Source: an uncultured virus (IMG/VR IMGVR_UViG_3300032323_003315) (taxonomy: Duplodnaviria; Heunggongvirae; Uroviricota; Caudoviricetes). From it: a DNA stretch of 64,000 bases. Position 1 is the first letter of the stretch. Every line of letters begins with the position of its first letter. Of this stretch, positions 8,983 through 18,409 are shown piece by piece. The position numbers and the translations under genes were made by a program. Location of the stretch: IMG/VR virus record IMGVR_UViG_3300032323_003315; one strand, 5' to 3'. A model generated the notes under the pieces. That model was not told the DNA's origin and did no database searches. It worked only from the letters and a program-made list of their open reading frames with translations.

Positions 8983-9201
8983 ATGGACGAGCAAAGATAC
9001 GCCGATAAATTGGTAAGGGAATTTTTTTATGCCCTGCCTCATAATGGGCTTTTAAACCATGGAATAAATTGTATTGATGATAGGTGGAGCGAAGCAAATA
9101 AATGTGCTTTGATTGCCTTGCAGCATATCCGCAAAGCCGCAGCAGACAATCCCAAATACGATTACGACAAAGTAGAAGAAGAAATTAACAAACTGAAATG
9201 A
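8983..9201 (+). CDS. Hypothetical protein
   Basis: ANKCALIA...VEEEINKL pattern of small Bacteroidota phage proteins. Confidence 0.6.
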   Translation: MDEQRYADKLVREFFYALPHNGLLNHGINCIDDRWSEANKCALIALQHIRKAAADNPKYDYDKVEEEINKLK

Positions 9202-9386
9202 CACCACAGGAAAAAGCCCTTGCATGGGAGAATGAAGTTGGCAAAACGCAAGCCATCATAGATTGCAAACGCGCCATAGATAAACTTGATACGTACATGG
9301 ACAAGCATGGCTTTACGCCAAACGACCTTGCAGCCATGAGGGAGTATAAAGAAATACTCAAACACCTACAAAATAAAACAACATAA
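9198..9386 (+). CDS. Hypothetical protein
   Basis: ATGA-coupled; MTPQEKA start. Confidence 0.55.
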   Translation: MTPQEKALAWENEVGKTQAIIDCKRAIDKLDTYMDKHGFTPNDLAAMREYKEILKHLQNKTT

Positions 9387-9388
9387 CC

Positions 9389-10252
9389 ATGGACAATAAA
9401 AACATTATCGCCAAATTTCAAAGCACACTATCTCTTTACGAGGGCAAAGTGCTTTCCGAACTGCTTGCACAACACGGCATGCGCCCCGCACAATTTACCC
9501 AAATCGTGCTGACTGAAATCAAAAAATCGCCCCAAATGCTTGAGGCGTTCCAAAACAACCCGTCTTCGCTATTTGCAAGTATCCTGCATTGTGCTGAAAT
9601 CGGTTTGTCGCCAAGTGCCGAGGTAGGAGAATTTTTCTTTATCCCTTTCAAGGGAAGTATAAAACCCATGGTTGGCTACAAGGGCTTATGCAATCTTATT
9701 ATGCGTAACAGCAATGTGCGCTTTATACATGCTGAAACCGTGCATCGCGGCGACGACTTTGATTGGGAACTTGGTTTGCACCCTAAATTGGTACACCGCC
9801 CCAAAAACCTTGTACGCAACAGCACAACCCTTACCCATGTGTATGCAATCGCCAAACTAAACAACGGGGAGAACATATTTAAGGTAATGAGCGTACAGGA
9901 GATACGTTCTATTATGGCCACAATGAAAAAAGTGAACGAACTTTACTTTGACGACCAAAAAGACCCTATGATGTGGATGCCAAAGAAAACCTGCATTAAG
10001 CAACTTGCCAAACTGCTTCCCAAAGACTATTACCAAAGCCGCGCATTGGCCGTGGACGATAACATGGAGGGTGGAGCAATTTTAACGCTTGACGAAGACA
10101 ATAGACCCGTTATAGTACAAAGCACAAAAGCCCCTGTAAGGGCTAAAAAGGCAAATTTGTACACCGCATTGAGTAATTTAACTCAAGATAGTGTAGATTT
10201 GCAGCACGCGGACACCGAAGTAAGTGATGAACTTACCCAAGAGGCGCAATAA
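9389..10252 (+). CDS. recT: RecT single-strand annealing protein
   Basis: SLFASILHCAEIGLSP..GEFFFIPF...GYKGL...V..GDDF.WELG...M..KT.IKQLAKLLP. Confidence 0.9.
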   Translation: MDNKNIIAKFQSTLSLYEGKVLSELLAQHGMRPAQFTQIVLTEIKKSPQMLEAFQNNPSSLFASILHCAEIGLSPSAEVGEFFFIPFKGSIKPMVGYKGLCNLIMRNSNVRFIHAETVHRGDDFDWELGLHPKLVHRPKNLVRNSTTLTHVYAIAKLNNGENIFKVMSVQEIRSIMATMKKVNELYFDDQKDPMMWMPKKTCIKQLAKLLPKDYYQSRALAVDDNMEGGAILTLDEDNRPVIVQSTKAPVRAKKANLYTALSNLTQDSVDLQHADTEVSDELTQEAQ

Positions 10253-10293
10253 TTTGTTTTCCATACAAAAGCGACTGCTCGCACAGATTTACC

Positions 10294-10321
10294 AAAAAGG
10301 CGGAATTAACCGCCTTTTTTT
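10294..10321. terminator. Bidirectional terminator between convergent blocks
   Basis: AAAAAGGCGG-aattaa-CCGCCTTTTT. Confidence 0.85.
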
Positions 10322-11120
10322 ATTGCAACTTGCCGAAAAACTTTTTGAAGTGTTCTATCCTGTCGTTTAGGCCGTTATAACCACCATTCACCCTGCGGGT
10401 TACTTCTCCTACAACAGCATCAGTATTGCCCTTATCGCAAATAACCCACAAAGAATTTACATGGAAAAACCATGCAGCACTCATAAGTGGATATTTGGTG
10501 GCTACCAAATCGGGATTGGAAATAATGTCTTCATCTACAAAAGCATCAAATGCCTTGTAATTGTTTTTGCCCGTAAGTTGAATATAACCCCTTCCACGGA
10601 AAGTGTATCCTTCTTTTGTGGCCTCTGCACCATTACCCATCCTGTTACCATAAACCCTTGAAGCAATCAGTTCGGGTTTCCATGAATATGTATCAGCAAG
10701 CGACTTTGAAGGAAAATAACTTGGGAAAACGCGGAGTAGCCCTGCGCTGTCATAGTTTAAATTTTCCATGGTCAATCGGAAATTACCGCTTTCATGGGAG
10801 CATTGAGCAAGGAAGTGGGCCAAACGCAAAGGCGTTGTTATATTGAATTTCTTTGCCACATCGGGTATCTGCAACAAAACGCTATCGGGAATAGCCCCGC
10901 GCAGGTTTGCAAGTTTGAATGGGCTGTCGGGAATTGCTATGGGAAACATTTTAGACCATGTTGCATCGCCAATAATTCCATCGTCAAGCAATCCATTGTC
11001 TTTTTGCCATTTCTTTACGGCTAATTCGGTATTGTTGCCGAAATCGCCATCGGGGTCAAGCCCAAGTAACTTCTGTACTTGCTTAACCGCTTCTCCGTTT
11101 GAACCTTTTTTTAATAGCAT
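10320..11120 (-). CDS. Endolysin: peptidoglycan-binding domain plus GH19 catalytic domain
   Basis: LKKGSNGEAVKQVQ..DGDFG..T..AVKKWQ..DGIIG; AHFLAQCSHESG, FRGRGYIQLTGKNNY, VTRRVNGG.NGL.DR. Confidence 0.92.
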   Translation of the reverse strand: MLLKKGSNGEAVKQVQKLLGLDPDGDFGNNTELAVKKWQKDNGLLDDGIIGDATWSKMFPIAIPDSPFKLANLRGAIPDSVLLQIPDVAKKFNITTPLRLAHFLAQCSHESGNFRLTMENLNYDSAGLLRVFPSYFPSKSLADTYSWKPELIASRVYGNRMGNGAEATKEGYTFRGRGYIQLTGKNNYKAFDAFVDEDIISNPDLVATKYPLMSAAWFFHVNSLWVICDKGNTDAVVGEVTRRVNGGYNGLNDRIEHFKKFFGKLQ

Positions 11121-11122
11121 GA

Positions 11123-11392
11123 TTATTCTGTTGGGGTCGTTTCTTCTTTATTATTTCTACTCTTGCCCCAAATCTTATCTACTGAAGCAAGACCAAGGCA
11201 TCCAAAAGCCAATAAAGCCACGCTTTCAACCAAAATAGTTGACGGGGCTATGGTTTCGGGGCTGAAAGAATTGTGATACATGGTAAGACAAAGTGTTATG
11301 GCACATATTATCCCTACTATGCGTTTGCTTGATGGTGTTCCGTTTTCGTCTTTAAAAACGCCACCGAGGAATGAAAATAATTTATTGAACAT
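11123..11392 (-). CDS. Holin-like two-TM protein
   Basis: DENGTPSSKR plus two hydrophobic segments; directly upstream of endolysin. Confidence 0.65.
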   Translation of the reverse strand: MFNKLFSFLGGVFKDENGTPSSKRIVGIICAITLCLTMYHNSFSPETIAPSTILVESVALLAFGCLGLASVDKIWGKSRNNKEETTPTE

Positions 11393-11747
11393 GGTTTGAA
11401 GTATCTTTAATGTTGATTGTATCTTTATTTGTACCCAATATTTTCTGTATTAGGGTTCTTTTCTTAATGAGTTTTTTGGTTGCTACCAAACTATCTTTTG
11501 TGGCTTTCAGTTCTACCTTTAATTCTTTGTTTTCTTTCACAAGCGCATCCCTTTCTACCATTTTATGCTCTATGGCTAAAATAGATGTATCGCTTATCCT
11601 TAACTGTTCGTCAACTTTATCATTATAGGTAATTATGGTATCGGGAGTGCTACTCTCTGTTTGTACCATTTCATGTACTTCATCACTATTGCATGATAAC
11701 AGCAAGGCAGCAATAACTATGGCATAAATTAGGATTTGTGTTTTCAT
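11382..11747 (-). CDS. Lipoprotein with coiled coil (o-spanin-like)
   Basis: Lipobox LLLS-C; lysis-cassette position. Confidence 0.55.
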   Translation of the reverse strand: MKTQILIYAIVIAALLLSCNSDEVHEMVQTESSTPDTIITYNDKVDEQLRISDTSILAIEHKMVERDALVKENKELKVELKATKDSLVATKKLIKKRTLIQKILGTNKDTINIKDTSNHVQ

Positions 11748-11998
11748 TTTCCCATTTCGTTTATAAGTTCAAGTTTGGCTGCCGCCCTTGCGAGCGTACT
11801 ATCGCTTTTGCGTAACCTCTCCTCTAACACCTCTATCTTGTTTTGCAACACATTTACTTTGCTGTCGCATTTTTCTATTTGAGATGTGTAATTCATACGG
11901 TTATCAACATACAAATAAGCTACTGCTGATAAAACCAAAAAAAGCAACCCCTTTACAGGGTCTTTTGAAAATTGTTTAAAATCTATGGGTAATTTCAT
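11744..11998 (-). CDS. TM plus coiled-coil protein (i-spanin-like); paralog of 36580..36861
   Basis: MKLPIDFKQFSKDPVKGLLFLVLSAVAYLY then heptads; start taken at ATG 11998. Confidence 0.55.
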   Translation of the reverse strand: MKLPIDFKQFSKDPVKGLLFLVLSAVAYLYVDNRMNYTSQIEKCDSKVNVLQNKIEVLEERLRKSDSTLARAAAKLELINEMGK

Positions 11999-11999
11999 A

Positions 12000-12872
12000 T
12001 TATAAAGTTCCTTGGTAATTGAAATCGCCAAACTCTAATGTGTCGTTGGTCGTTGTTAATGTTGGGCCACCATTATCTGTAACCCAAAACAAGCCTAAAG
12101 CCGTTTGAGCGTTTAAGGCATTGGCCCATGATTGAACTGTATTGAAAATTCCAAAAAGTTCCACGGTCTGAAATGTCGGCGCACCTGTTTTTTTGTATTG
12201 TAACGTAAAACTCGTAATGCTATAAGGTTCGGGGGTAAATGTTGACCATTGCCATAAATTAGATGCGTTTGCGCTTTGAGCGTAAGTATCGGGTGCGCCT
12301 CCAAGCAAAGATACTTTTATGGGGAAGTTCTGCGAGAATATGGTGCTTCTATTGTCAACTGCTACCTGTACATAAATATCCCTTTGTGTTCCACTACCCG
12401 CGTCTTTATCGGGGAAATCAGCAAGAAAATCGTAATATTCTAATCTTTCAAAGTTTGTCGGGGATGGTATAAGGTTATTCATGCTTTGCTCTTGTAGCGA
12501 AAACACAAAATAGACTTTCTCTCCTGCCAATATCTCTATTACAAAGTTTTGAAGACCATTAAAAGTTAAACTTTCTTGCTGTTGGTGGTCAACCACATCG
12601 GATGTTATTGCGCTTAATAACTGATATGGGTCAACTGTGGGTATAAACTGCTTTTGCTCAAATATTCCCCTGCGATTGTTTTTTTCAAGGGTTACATTCT
12701 GCAAAAGCTGTTGAACGCCATTAGCTTTCATATATAGGCCATTAACACCAAACTGATACCCCTGTCCTATGGATTGCTGAATGGTATCATAGGAAATTTG
12801 GCCGCCCGATTGTATGCTAATCCATGGCGAACCATCTCCTGTGTTTGTTAGTGTGGCGTTAATTATGCCCAT
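12000..12872 (-). CDS. Capsid-protein paralog (minor capsid/penton candidate) with extra C-terminal beta domain
   Basis: Shares LTNTG, xYxx(I/M), QxL, KxF(I/V)PTVDPYQ with 31880..32581. Confidence 0.6.
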   Translation of the reverse strand: MGIINATLTNTGDGSPWISIQSGGQISYDTIQQSIGQGYQFGVNGLYMKANGVQQLLQNVTLEKNNRRGIFEQKQFIPTVDPYQLLSAITSDVVDHQQQESLTFNGLQNFVIEILAGEKVYFVFSLQEQSMNNLIPSPTNFERLEYYDFLADFPDKDAGSGTQRDIYVQVAVDNRSTIFSQNFPIKVSLLGGAPDTYAQSANASNLWQWSTFTPEPYSITSFTLQYKKTGAPTFQTVELFGIFNTVQSWANALNAQTALGLFWVTDNGGPTLTTTNDTLEFGDFNYQGTL

Positions 12873-13190
12873 TTACTTTGCGTATAGTATTTCTTTTCCT
12901 GTGCTGTCTTTGGCTACATAATAATTGTCCTTCTTGTAAATTCGCAAACCATACGTCTGTCCAAGTTGGGAATTTAGTTGTTGTAAACCACGATTGTTTT
13001 CGCCATTCTCTACCGCCGTCATAAAAGCATCAAGCGCAATACGCGCATTTTCTTTTTGAGTTACCTCTGATTTGTCTGCCGTGTCGGGCTTCGGTATAGC
13101 GTTCTTTTTCATTTTAGGTAAAGTCATACCCAATACTACAATAGTAATACCCGCCACAATAAGGGCTTCCTTAACTTGTGTTGTAAGCAT
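12873..13190 (-). CDS. Small N-anchored membrane protein
   Basis: ALIVAGITIVVLGMTL. Confidence 0.65.
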   Translation of the reverse strand: MLTTQVKEALIVAGITIVVLGMTLPKMKKNAIPKPDTADKSEVTQKENARIALDAFMTAVENGENNRGLQQLNSQLGQTYGLRIYKKDNYYVAKDSTGKEILYAK

Positions 13191-13191
13191 A

Positions 13192-13572
13192 TTATTTTTT
13201 AGTTACAAAATAAATGATTGTTCCCAAAACAGCAATACCCGCAACGCCCAAACCAACATATAATGCCGTGTTGTTTGTTTTTTCGGGAGATTTACTACCA
13301 CCTGCCGCTTGAGCAATAGCATTAAGTTTTGCTAATTCATATTGCTGCGCTTGGGATTTTTCAGCTAAACCAAGTTCAGCTTGCAACTTTTGTTGGTTAA
13401 AAGAATAATCCATTTGACGGCGTTTTGAAGCATCTATAATTTCTACGCCAATCTTTCCAAAAGTTTCAATGCCTTTTGAAATAGGGTCAAAATTAAATCC
13501 CTTGCCTGCGCCTGTGGCAGTTTTAGCCGCCCCTGCTGCTGCGCCGCCTGTATTTAGATATACTGATTTCAT
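13192..13572 (-). CDS. C-anchored membrane protein
   Basis: Ends ALYVGLGVAGIAVLGTIIYFVTKK. Confidence 0.7.
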   Translation of the reverse strand: MKSVYLNTGGAAAGAAKTATGAGKGFNFDPISKGIETFGKIGVEIIDASKRRQMDYSFNQQKLQAELGLAEKSQAQQYELAKLNAIAQAAGGSKSPEKTNNTALYVGLGVAGIAVLGTIIYFVTKK

Positions 13573-13952
13573 TTTTTTACTATTGAATATGTTATTAAAC
13601 CAATAGCACCCATTCCAAGGGTTGCTATGATTATTGTTTGTGCTTGTTTTTCTTTGGCTACTTGTTTTGCTGCTTCTGCTTCCCTTTGCTTCCTTACGTT
13701 TAATGCCGCTTGCACCGCAAAAAGTTGCAAAGTCTTTTTTCTTTTTTCGGCTAATTCTGTTTCTGCTGCTGCAATAGCCTGTGCTTCCTCATTTAGTCTT
13801 TGGGCATAATATTGTTGACGGGCAACAGACTTCTCATGCGCGGCCTTTGTAACCGCACCAACCGCCATGGCAATACCGATACTTAATGTTATTGGGTCTA
13901 TGGTATTATCCTCCAAAATATTTATTGGCGAGCCATTCGCCATATAGAACAT
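13569..13952 (-). CDS. Two-TM coiled-coil membrane protein (start uncertain)
   Basis: Hydrophobic near the N-terminus and at the C-terminus (...LITYSIVKK); listed start overlaps the SGNH gene. Confidence 0.6.
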   Translation of the reverse strand: MFYMANGSPINILEDNTIDPITLSIGIAMAVGAVTKAAHEKSVARQQYYAQRLNEEAQAIAAAETELAEKRKKTLQLFAVQAALNVRKQREAEAAKQVAKEKQAQTIIIATLGMGAIGLITYSIVKK

Positions 13953-14589
13953 AACTTGGCATTGTCAAGTGTAAACCATCTGTGCTATTTGCCCTTGTAA
14001 AACCCTCATAAGGGGGAACAACTTTGGCATAGTCTTTTAATTTTTTGGGCATGCTGTCAATTAAAGCAACCCACCTATCTCTACCCTGCAACAAAGCAGT
14101 TTCGCTCATGTTAAAGCCCCTGCTGAAATTATAACTAACCTTTTTTGGGTTGTAGCCCGTTACAAAAATAATTTTGCTGCCTTTGCTGTTGGCAGCATTA
14201 ATCATCGCCTGTAAATTAGCGATAATATTACTTTGAGATACATTTGCATAAGCATCGTTTGCGCCTCCGTAAACTATAATATAATCGGGCTTGTTAGTAG
14301 CCAAATAATTTTTTATTTGCCCCAACATCCAAGTAGTATTTTCTCCGTTAAGTGCTTTTTTGGCGTATGATTTAAAACCTGCTTTTCTTACAAGTGCCTC
14401 TACCCAACCATTATTAGGAAAGGTATGGCTATCGCCAACAAAAAGGGCTGTTTTGCCCTTGCTCGGAAATTTTCTTAAAGTTAAGTACTTGAAACTGCCG
14501 TCATTGGCTATTGCTTTAATGCTAACCAATCCAACTGCTATTGCAGGTATCCATAGCCAATCTATAATTTTGTTTTTATCTATCGCCAT
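13906..14589 (-). CDS. Membrane-anchored SGNH/GDSL hydrolase (esterase/deacetylase)
   Basis: FVGDSHT, G, GGAND, DGLH blocks; N-terminal TM. Confidence 0.85.
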   Translation of the reverse strand: MAIDKNKIIDWLWIPAIAVGLVSIKAIANDGSFKYLTLRKFPSKGKTALFVGDSHTFPNNGWVEALVRKAGFKSYAKKALNGENTTWMLGQIKNYLATNKPDYIIVYGGANDAYANVSQSNIIANLQAMINAANSKGSKIIFVTGYNPKKVSYNFSRGFNMSETALLQGRDRWVALIDSMPKKLKDYAKVVPPYEGFTRANSTDGLHLTMPSYVLYGEWLANKYFGG

Positions 14590-14603
14590 GGTCTTTGGGG
14601 GTG

Positions 14604-15005
14604 TTATTCCGAGAACAACTCCGCCAAAGTGCAAATTTTGATGTGTTCAGTTCCGTTATGTAGGGCGCAACAAATCGTTTTGTGGCGTTCAAACAAAAAT
14701 GCGGAAAACTTGCTTGCGTCAGCGTTGTGCTTGGAAATCTGTTTGAGCAGAAGTTCGTAAATGTGGGGGGATAAAATGTTTTCTTTCCCAAAAACGTCAA
14801 TCTGCATGTGCATGACCTCTTTGAAACTACACTTTGGTACGATACAATTCCATTGGTTATGGATAGCGTATGATAAACCTTCTTCATCATCTAATTTTAT
14901 CCTTATTTGTATGTCCTCTTTGTTTGCTTTGTGCGCCTGCGCGTGCTTTCCAATGGCTTTGATAAAGTCGGCCTTTATCATATCCAAAAAAATATCGTTC
15001 AGCAT
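14604..15005 (-). CDS. Hypothetical protein
   Basis: Has its own -7 box TATATTTG at 15025-15032 (minus). Confidence 0.6.
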   Translation of the reverse strand: MLNDIFLDMIKADFIKAIGKHAQAHKANKEDIQIRIKLDDEEGLSYAIHNQWNCIVPKCSFKEVMHMQIDVFGKENILSPHIYELLLKQISKHNADASKFSAFLFERHKTICCALHNGTEHIKICTLAELFSE

Positions 15006-15043
15006 AATAGTCGTGTTGTTATGGCAAATATAGCAATTATATG

Positions 15044-15487
15044 TTATTTTTTCATTTTTACATATTTATACCATGCTCTCTCATGCAAAAAATATAGCAA
15101 TGGCTTAACACACAACTCTGTTGCACCAAGGGTTGAAGCTACTGAAATGCTGCCTGTAAACATATAGGAAAGGCTAAACGTAGTCAAAGTTCCCAACGCC
15201 CTATAAGATATGGTTTTTAAAATGTGTCTTTGTATAGATTTACTATTTTCGTGTGCCGTTGGTTCTGTTGTTATAAAAGCTATGTCGCCCAATATCTCGC
15301 AATCTCCCTTGTAGCTTACATGGTATTTAATTTCATTTGCATTGCTATCATATATGGCATAGGTACACTTAACACCATTGATATAAATATCGCTTACAAG
15401 CGTTTCCTTTTGGTTATGAATTAACCTCCACTTGTCGGCTTTGCTCTCGCTTTTTGTATTATATCGGATATGATACATTTTGCTCAC
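15044..15487 (-). CDS. DUF2061-like membrane domain protein
   Basis: RHILKTISYR...YFLHERAW; family often found beside cysC. Confidence 0.75.
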   Translation of the reverse strand: MSKMYHIRYNTKSESKADKWRLIHNQKETLVSDIYINGVKCTYAIYDSNANEIKYHVSYKGDCEILGDIAFITTEPTAHENSKSIQRHILKTISYRALGTLTTFSLSYMFTGSISVASTLGATELCVKPLLYFLHERAWYKYVKMKK

Positions 15488-15924
15488 AACTTGCCTTCCT
15501 TTCGCATTTGCTCCCTTATTTTGGTTGCTGATATGTTGCCAATTTCCATGGGTGGAACATGCTCAATAATATCATACCCAACTCCTCTGCCAAACTCCAC
15601 GCTGCATATATCGGGAATGATGATAACTTTCACCTTGCCCTCTATAATCTGTTGGTCGTAAAACAGGGTTATGTTTTGCTTTACCAACTCTGCGCTGTAT
15701 GGGTTCTTTTCGTCGGGTTCTATATCTCTGATAGCAATACAAACATTTTTGCCCGCTTTCAAAGCCCTGTTAAAAAGTTCCATGTGTCCTTTGTGTAGCG
15801 GTTGCCACCTACCAATAAACAGCGCATATTGGCCGTCCTTGGGTTCAAGAGATGATTTTACATGGGTTATTTTGCCCCAACGGGGTTTTTGGTTGCCCAA
15901 GTCTGTACTATTGTCATTATACAT
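15484..15924 (-). CDS. HIGH-motif nucleotidyltransferase (cytidylyltransferase-like)
   Basis: FIGRWQPLHKGH, NPYS, ISATKIR. Confidence 0.85.
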   Translation of the reverse strand: MYNDNSTDLGNQKPRWGKITHVKSSLEPKDGQYALFIGRWQPLHKGHMELFNRALKAGKNVCIAIRDIEPDEKNPYSAELVKQNITLFYDQQIIEGKVKVIIIPDICSVEFGRGVGYDIIEHVPPMEIGNISATKIREQMRKEGKL

Positions 15925-16328
15925 TGGTCTATTGTTAGTTGTTCTGTGTTCAAATGTAATGCTTCCTGTTGGGATGGTATCTCAAAGTCTTCAACATGAT
16001 AATGTTCTCGCCCTCTTGGACTTGTGTAATGCAAATACACAAACAAGGCGTTTGGTATCATTTCCCGCAAGTAGTCGCGTGTTTCTTTGTAAGGAAAATT
16101 CATAGAATACACAAGATTGCTGCATAATCCTGTTGATAAAGCATAATAACCTACATCTACCGCTTTATTTAGGTTTCTCAATCTGCCCTCTTTTGAATAA
16201 TCGGTATTGCGAAATATCTGCCTAAACTCATCCCCATCTATGTTGTGGGTATTCATAAATCTTTTCTCCAACCCCATCGCAAGGGTGCTTTTGCCCGAAT
16301 TAGGCTGTCCAAATAAAACTATTATCAT
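15867..16328 (-). CDS. cysC: Adenylylsulfate (APS) kinase-like protein
   Basis: GQPNSGKST P-loop, IDGDEFR, DYSKEGR..N, FE.P. Confidence 0.75.
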   Translation of the reverse strand: MIIVLFGQPNSGKSTLAMGLEKRFMNTHNIDGDEFRQIFRNTDYSKEGRLRNLNKAVDVGYYALSTGLCSNLVYSMNFPYKETRDYLREMIPNALFVYLHYTSPRGREHYHVEDFEIPSQQEALHLNTEQLTIDQCIMTIVQTWATKNPVGAK

Positions 16329-17143
16329 TTTTTGTATCCAAAGTATTTGTAAAACCAATTATAATTGTTGTATATCCAATCGCAAACATCTTGCCCTAAT
16401 ATCGTTTTTGCTTGAGATTGTAATGGTTCTAATTTTTGTCTAATTGCATGGTCGCCAAACGCGCCATACACTTCATCGTCTTCTTTTGTTATCTGCTCTA
16501 TGTTGTCAAAGTCATGCTCAAAATACGGAAGTTCAAGGTAGCTATATATTTTTGTCATTTCCCTTTCGGGGTACATGCACAATTCCTCATACTTTACAAA
16601 AAGCATGTGAACATCTGTTTTCAAACGAATAATCTCTGTAAGCCTTTCTATGGCCAATCCAACAGGAACACCATTTGCCCACAAATCAATTCTTTTGGGT
16701 ACAGTAGTGCCTTGCATTTTTGACCAATCAACCAACGGGCTTGCCTTTTCGGGTGTTTTACGAAAGTTCTTTTCCATGGAACAAAACACATCCCTCAAAT
16801 CTCTCACCATGCAAATTATTTTTGGTTTTGCATAAATAGTATTGAGAAAATCGTAGTGAATACCCCAACCGCGCGACTTGTCTATAATATATGGCTTGTC
16901 TGTTATAGCTTCATAAAAACCTTTCATGCCCTCTTTACAAAAAGCCAAAAAGCCGTTTTTCATAAGTTCGCCATCCTGTGCTTTAAACTCTGCGCTATTG
17001 GTATAATTAGCCCTTGCTGCAAATAATAGTTCAAGCACGCCCGAAGTAGGCGTTGCGTATATATCGGGATTTTGAGCAAGTATGTTTTGCAACAAGGTGC
17101 TTCCTGCTCTTGGCAAGGAAGATTGATAAAAAATCTTTTCCAT
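16325..17143 (-). CDS. Sulfotransferase
   Basis: SSLPRAGSTLL (5'-PSB), IDKSRGW, MVRDLRDVFCS (3'-PB), VKYEEL. Confidence 0.88.
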   Translation of the reverse strand: MEKIFYQSSLPRAGSTLLQNILAQNPDIYATPTSGVLELLFAARANYTNSAEFKAQDGELMKNGFLAFCKEGMKGFYEAITDKPYIIDKSRGWGIHYDFLNTIYAKPKIICMVRDLRDVFCSMEKNFRKTPEKASPLVDWSKMQGTTVPKRIDLWANGVPVGLAIERLTEIIRLKTDVHMLFVKYEELCMYPEREMTKIYSYLELPYFEHDFDNIEQITKEDDEVYGAFGDHAIRQKLEPLQSQAKTILGQDVCDWIYNNYNWFYKYFGYKK

Positions 17144-17146
17144 GAT

Positions 17147-18037
17147 TTACAGAACTGTAAGCGTGGGCGTTTCTTTTATGGCCGTTATTACAACATCAGA
17201 ATTGAATATTTCGGCCTCGCTTTCGTAAGGAAACTCCATCAAATCGCCCTGTATGTTAAACTTGTGTAGAAAAGAATTTCTCAATTCGGGCTTTACGGTA
17301 AACGGGTTAGATACAATGTTGTTATGGATTTCATACCCAAACACTTCGGGCTTGTTTGCTATCCAACAAACCACCGAAGGTAAATTAAAGGCTGCGGCTA
17401 CATGTTGAGCAAAGCTATCTATAAGCAAACGCTTTTGACTAATGGCTATCAGAACACACAACTGCCTTATATTAGCATGTATAGGCTGTGCGCCCCTGTA
17501 TTTTGCTTGGTCTTCACGACAAATATGCAGTATGTTATAGTCTTGCATAAATTCGTCAACTATTTTTTGCACCAAATCATAAGGTAAATCTCTTGCCCAT
17601 GAATATTTTATTTCGGCAGGAGAACCGCCATTTGATTGTAGCAATAAAATAGGTTTTTCGGATGCGAACATCACTCCAAAATATTTTTGCTCCCTTGGGG
17701 TAAGATATATCTGTGGCTTTTCTCCGTTGTAGGGTATATCAAACATTTCACACCATGTCTTAATCAGATGCTCATTTTGATTAACGTGGGCTGTTGTTAG
17801 GTATGGGTCGTTTGCAAAAACCAAAACATTTTTGTTCTGTAAGTATTCCTCATAGAAATAACTTAAACGCCCATGCTCATACGCTCTATCAACATGTGGG
17901 TTGTTTAAAAAAACATCAGCATATCCCGAAACCACTATTAGCTTTGATTTCGGATATTTTTTTTTGATAGCTGCACAAACGGCAGTAGCCATTACGCATT
18001 TGCCAATGCCACCATGGATGGAAAAAATAATATTCAT
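17147..18037 (-). CDS. GT9-like (heptosyltransferase-fold) glycosyltransferase
   Basis: GGIGKCVMAT, FLNNPHV, IDSFAQHVAAAFNLPSVVCW. Confidence 0.8.
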   Translation of the reverse strand: MNIIFSIHGGIGKCVMATAVCAAIKKKYPKSKLIVVSGYADVFLNNPHVDRAYEHGRLSYFYEEYLQNKNVLVFANDPYLTTAHVNQNEHLIKTWCEMFDIPYNGEKPQIYLTPREQKYFGVMFASEKPILLLQSNGGSPAEIKYSWARDLPYDLVQKIVDEFMQDYNILHICREDQAKYRGAQPIHANIRQLCVLIAISQKRLLIDSFAQHVAAAFNLPSVVCWIANKPEVFGYEIHNNIVSNPFTVKPELRNSFLHKFNIQGDLMEFPYESEAEIFNSDVVITAIKETPTLTVL

Positions 18038-18066
18038 GTCCGTAATTATGTCGTGTTGTTCTTGTT

Positions 18067-18378
18067 TTAAGCTAATAGTTCTGCTACGAGAGCATTGATA
18101 GCTTTTGCATCAATGTCCTTGTATTTAACCCTAAAGCCCTTAACCCTTGGTTGCCCCTCAACGCCTTTTGGTTGAAAATCAGCAAACATATCCGAAAAAA
18201 TATTAATTGCGTGGTAATCTTCCAAGCCCGCGTAGTCTGCGGGTTTAAGTGCGTAAATTTTATCCACTACCGCTTTTACTTTGGTGAGGTCGGAATATTT
18301 TTTTGTTACGCTATTTTCTTTGGAAATGAGTTGAACATCTCCAAAGCCGAAGATGTGAATAGTATTAAAGTCTGCCAT
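18067..18378 (-). CDS. Hypothetical protein (fibre-associated)
   Basis: ORF between fibre and GT9 genes. Confidence 0.6.
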   Translation of the reverse strand: MADFNTIHIFGFGDVQLISKENSVTKKYSDLTKVKAVVDKIYALKPADYAGLEDYHAINIFSDMFADFQPKGVEGQPRVKGFRVKYKDIDAKAINALVAELLA

Positions 18379-18409
18379 TGTTATATTTATTTTTCAAATT
18401 GAATGTATT

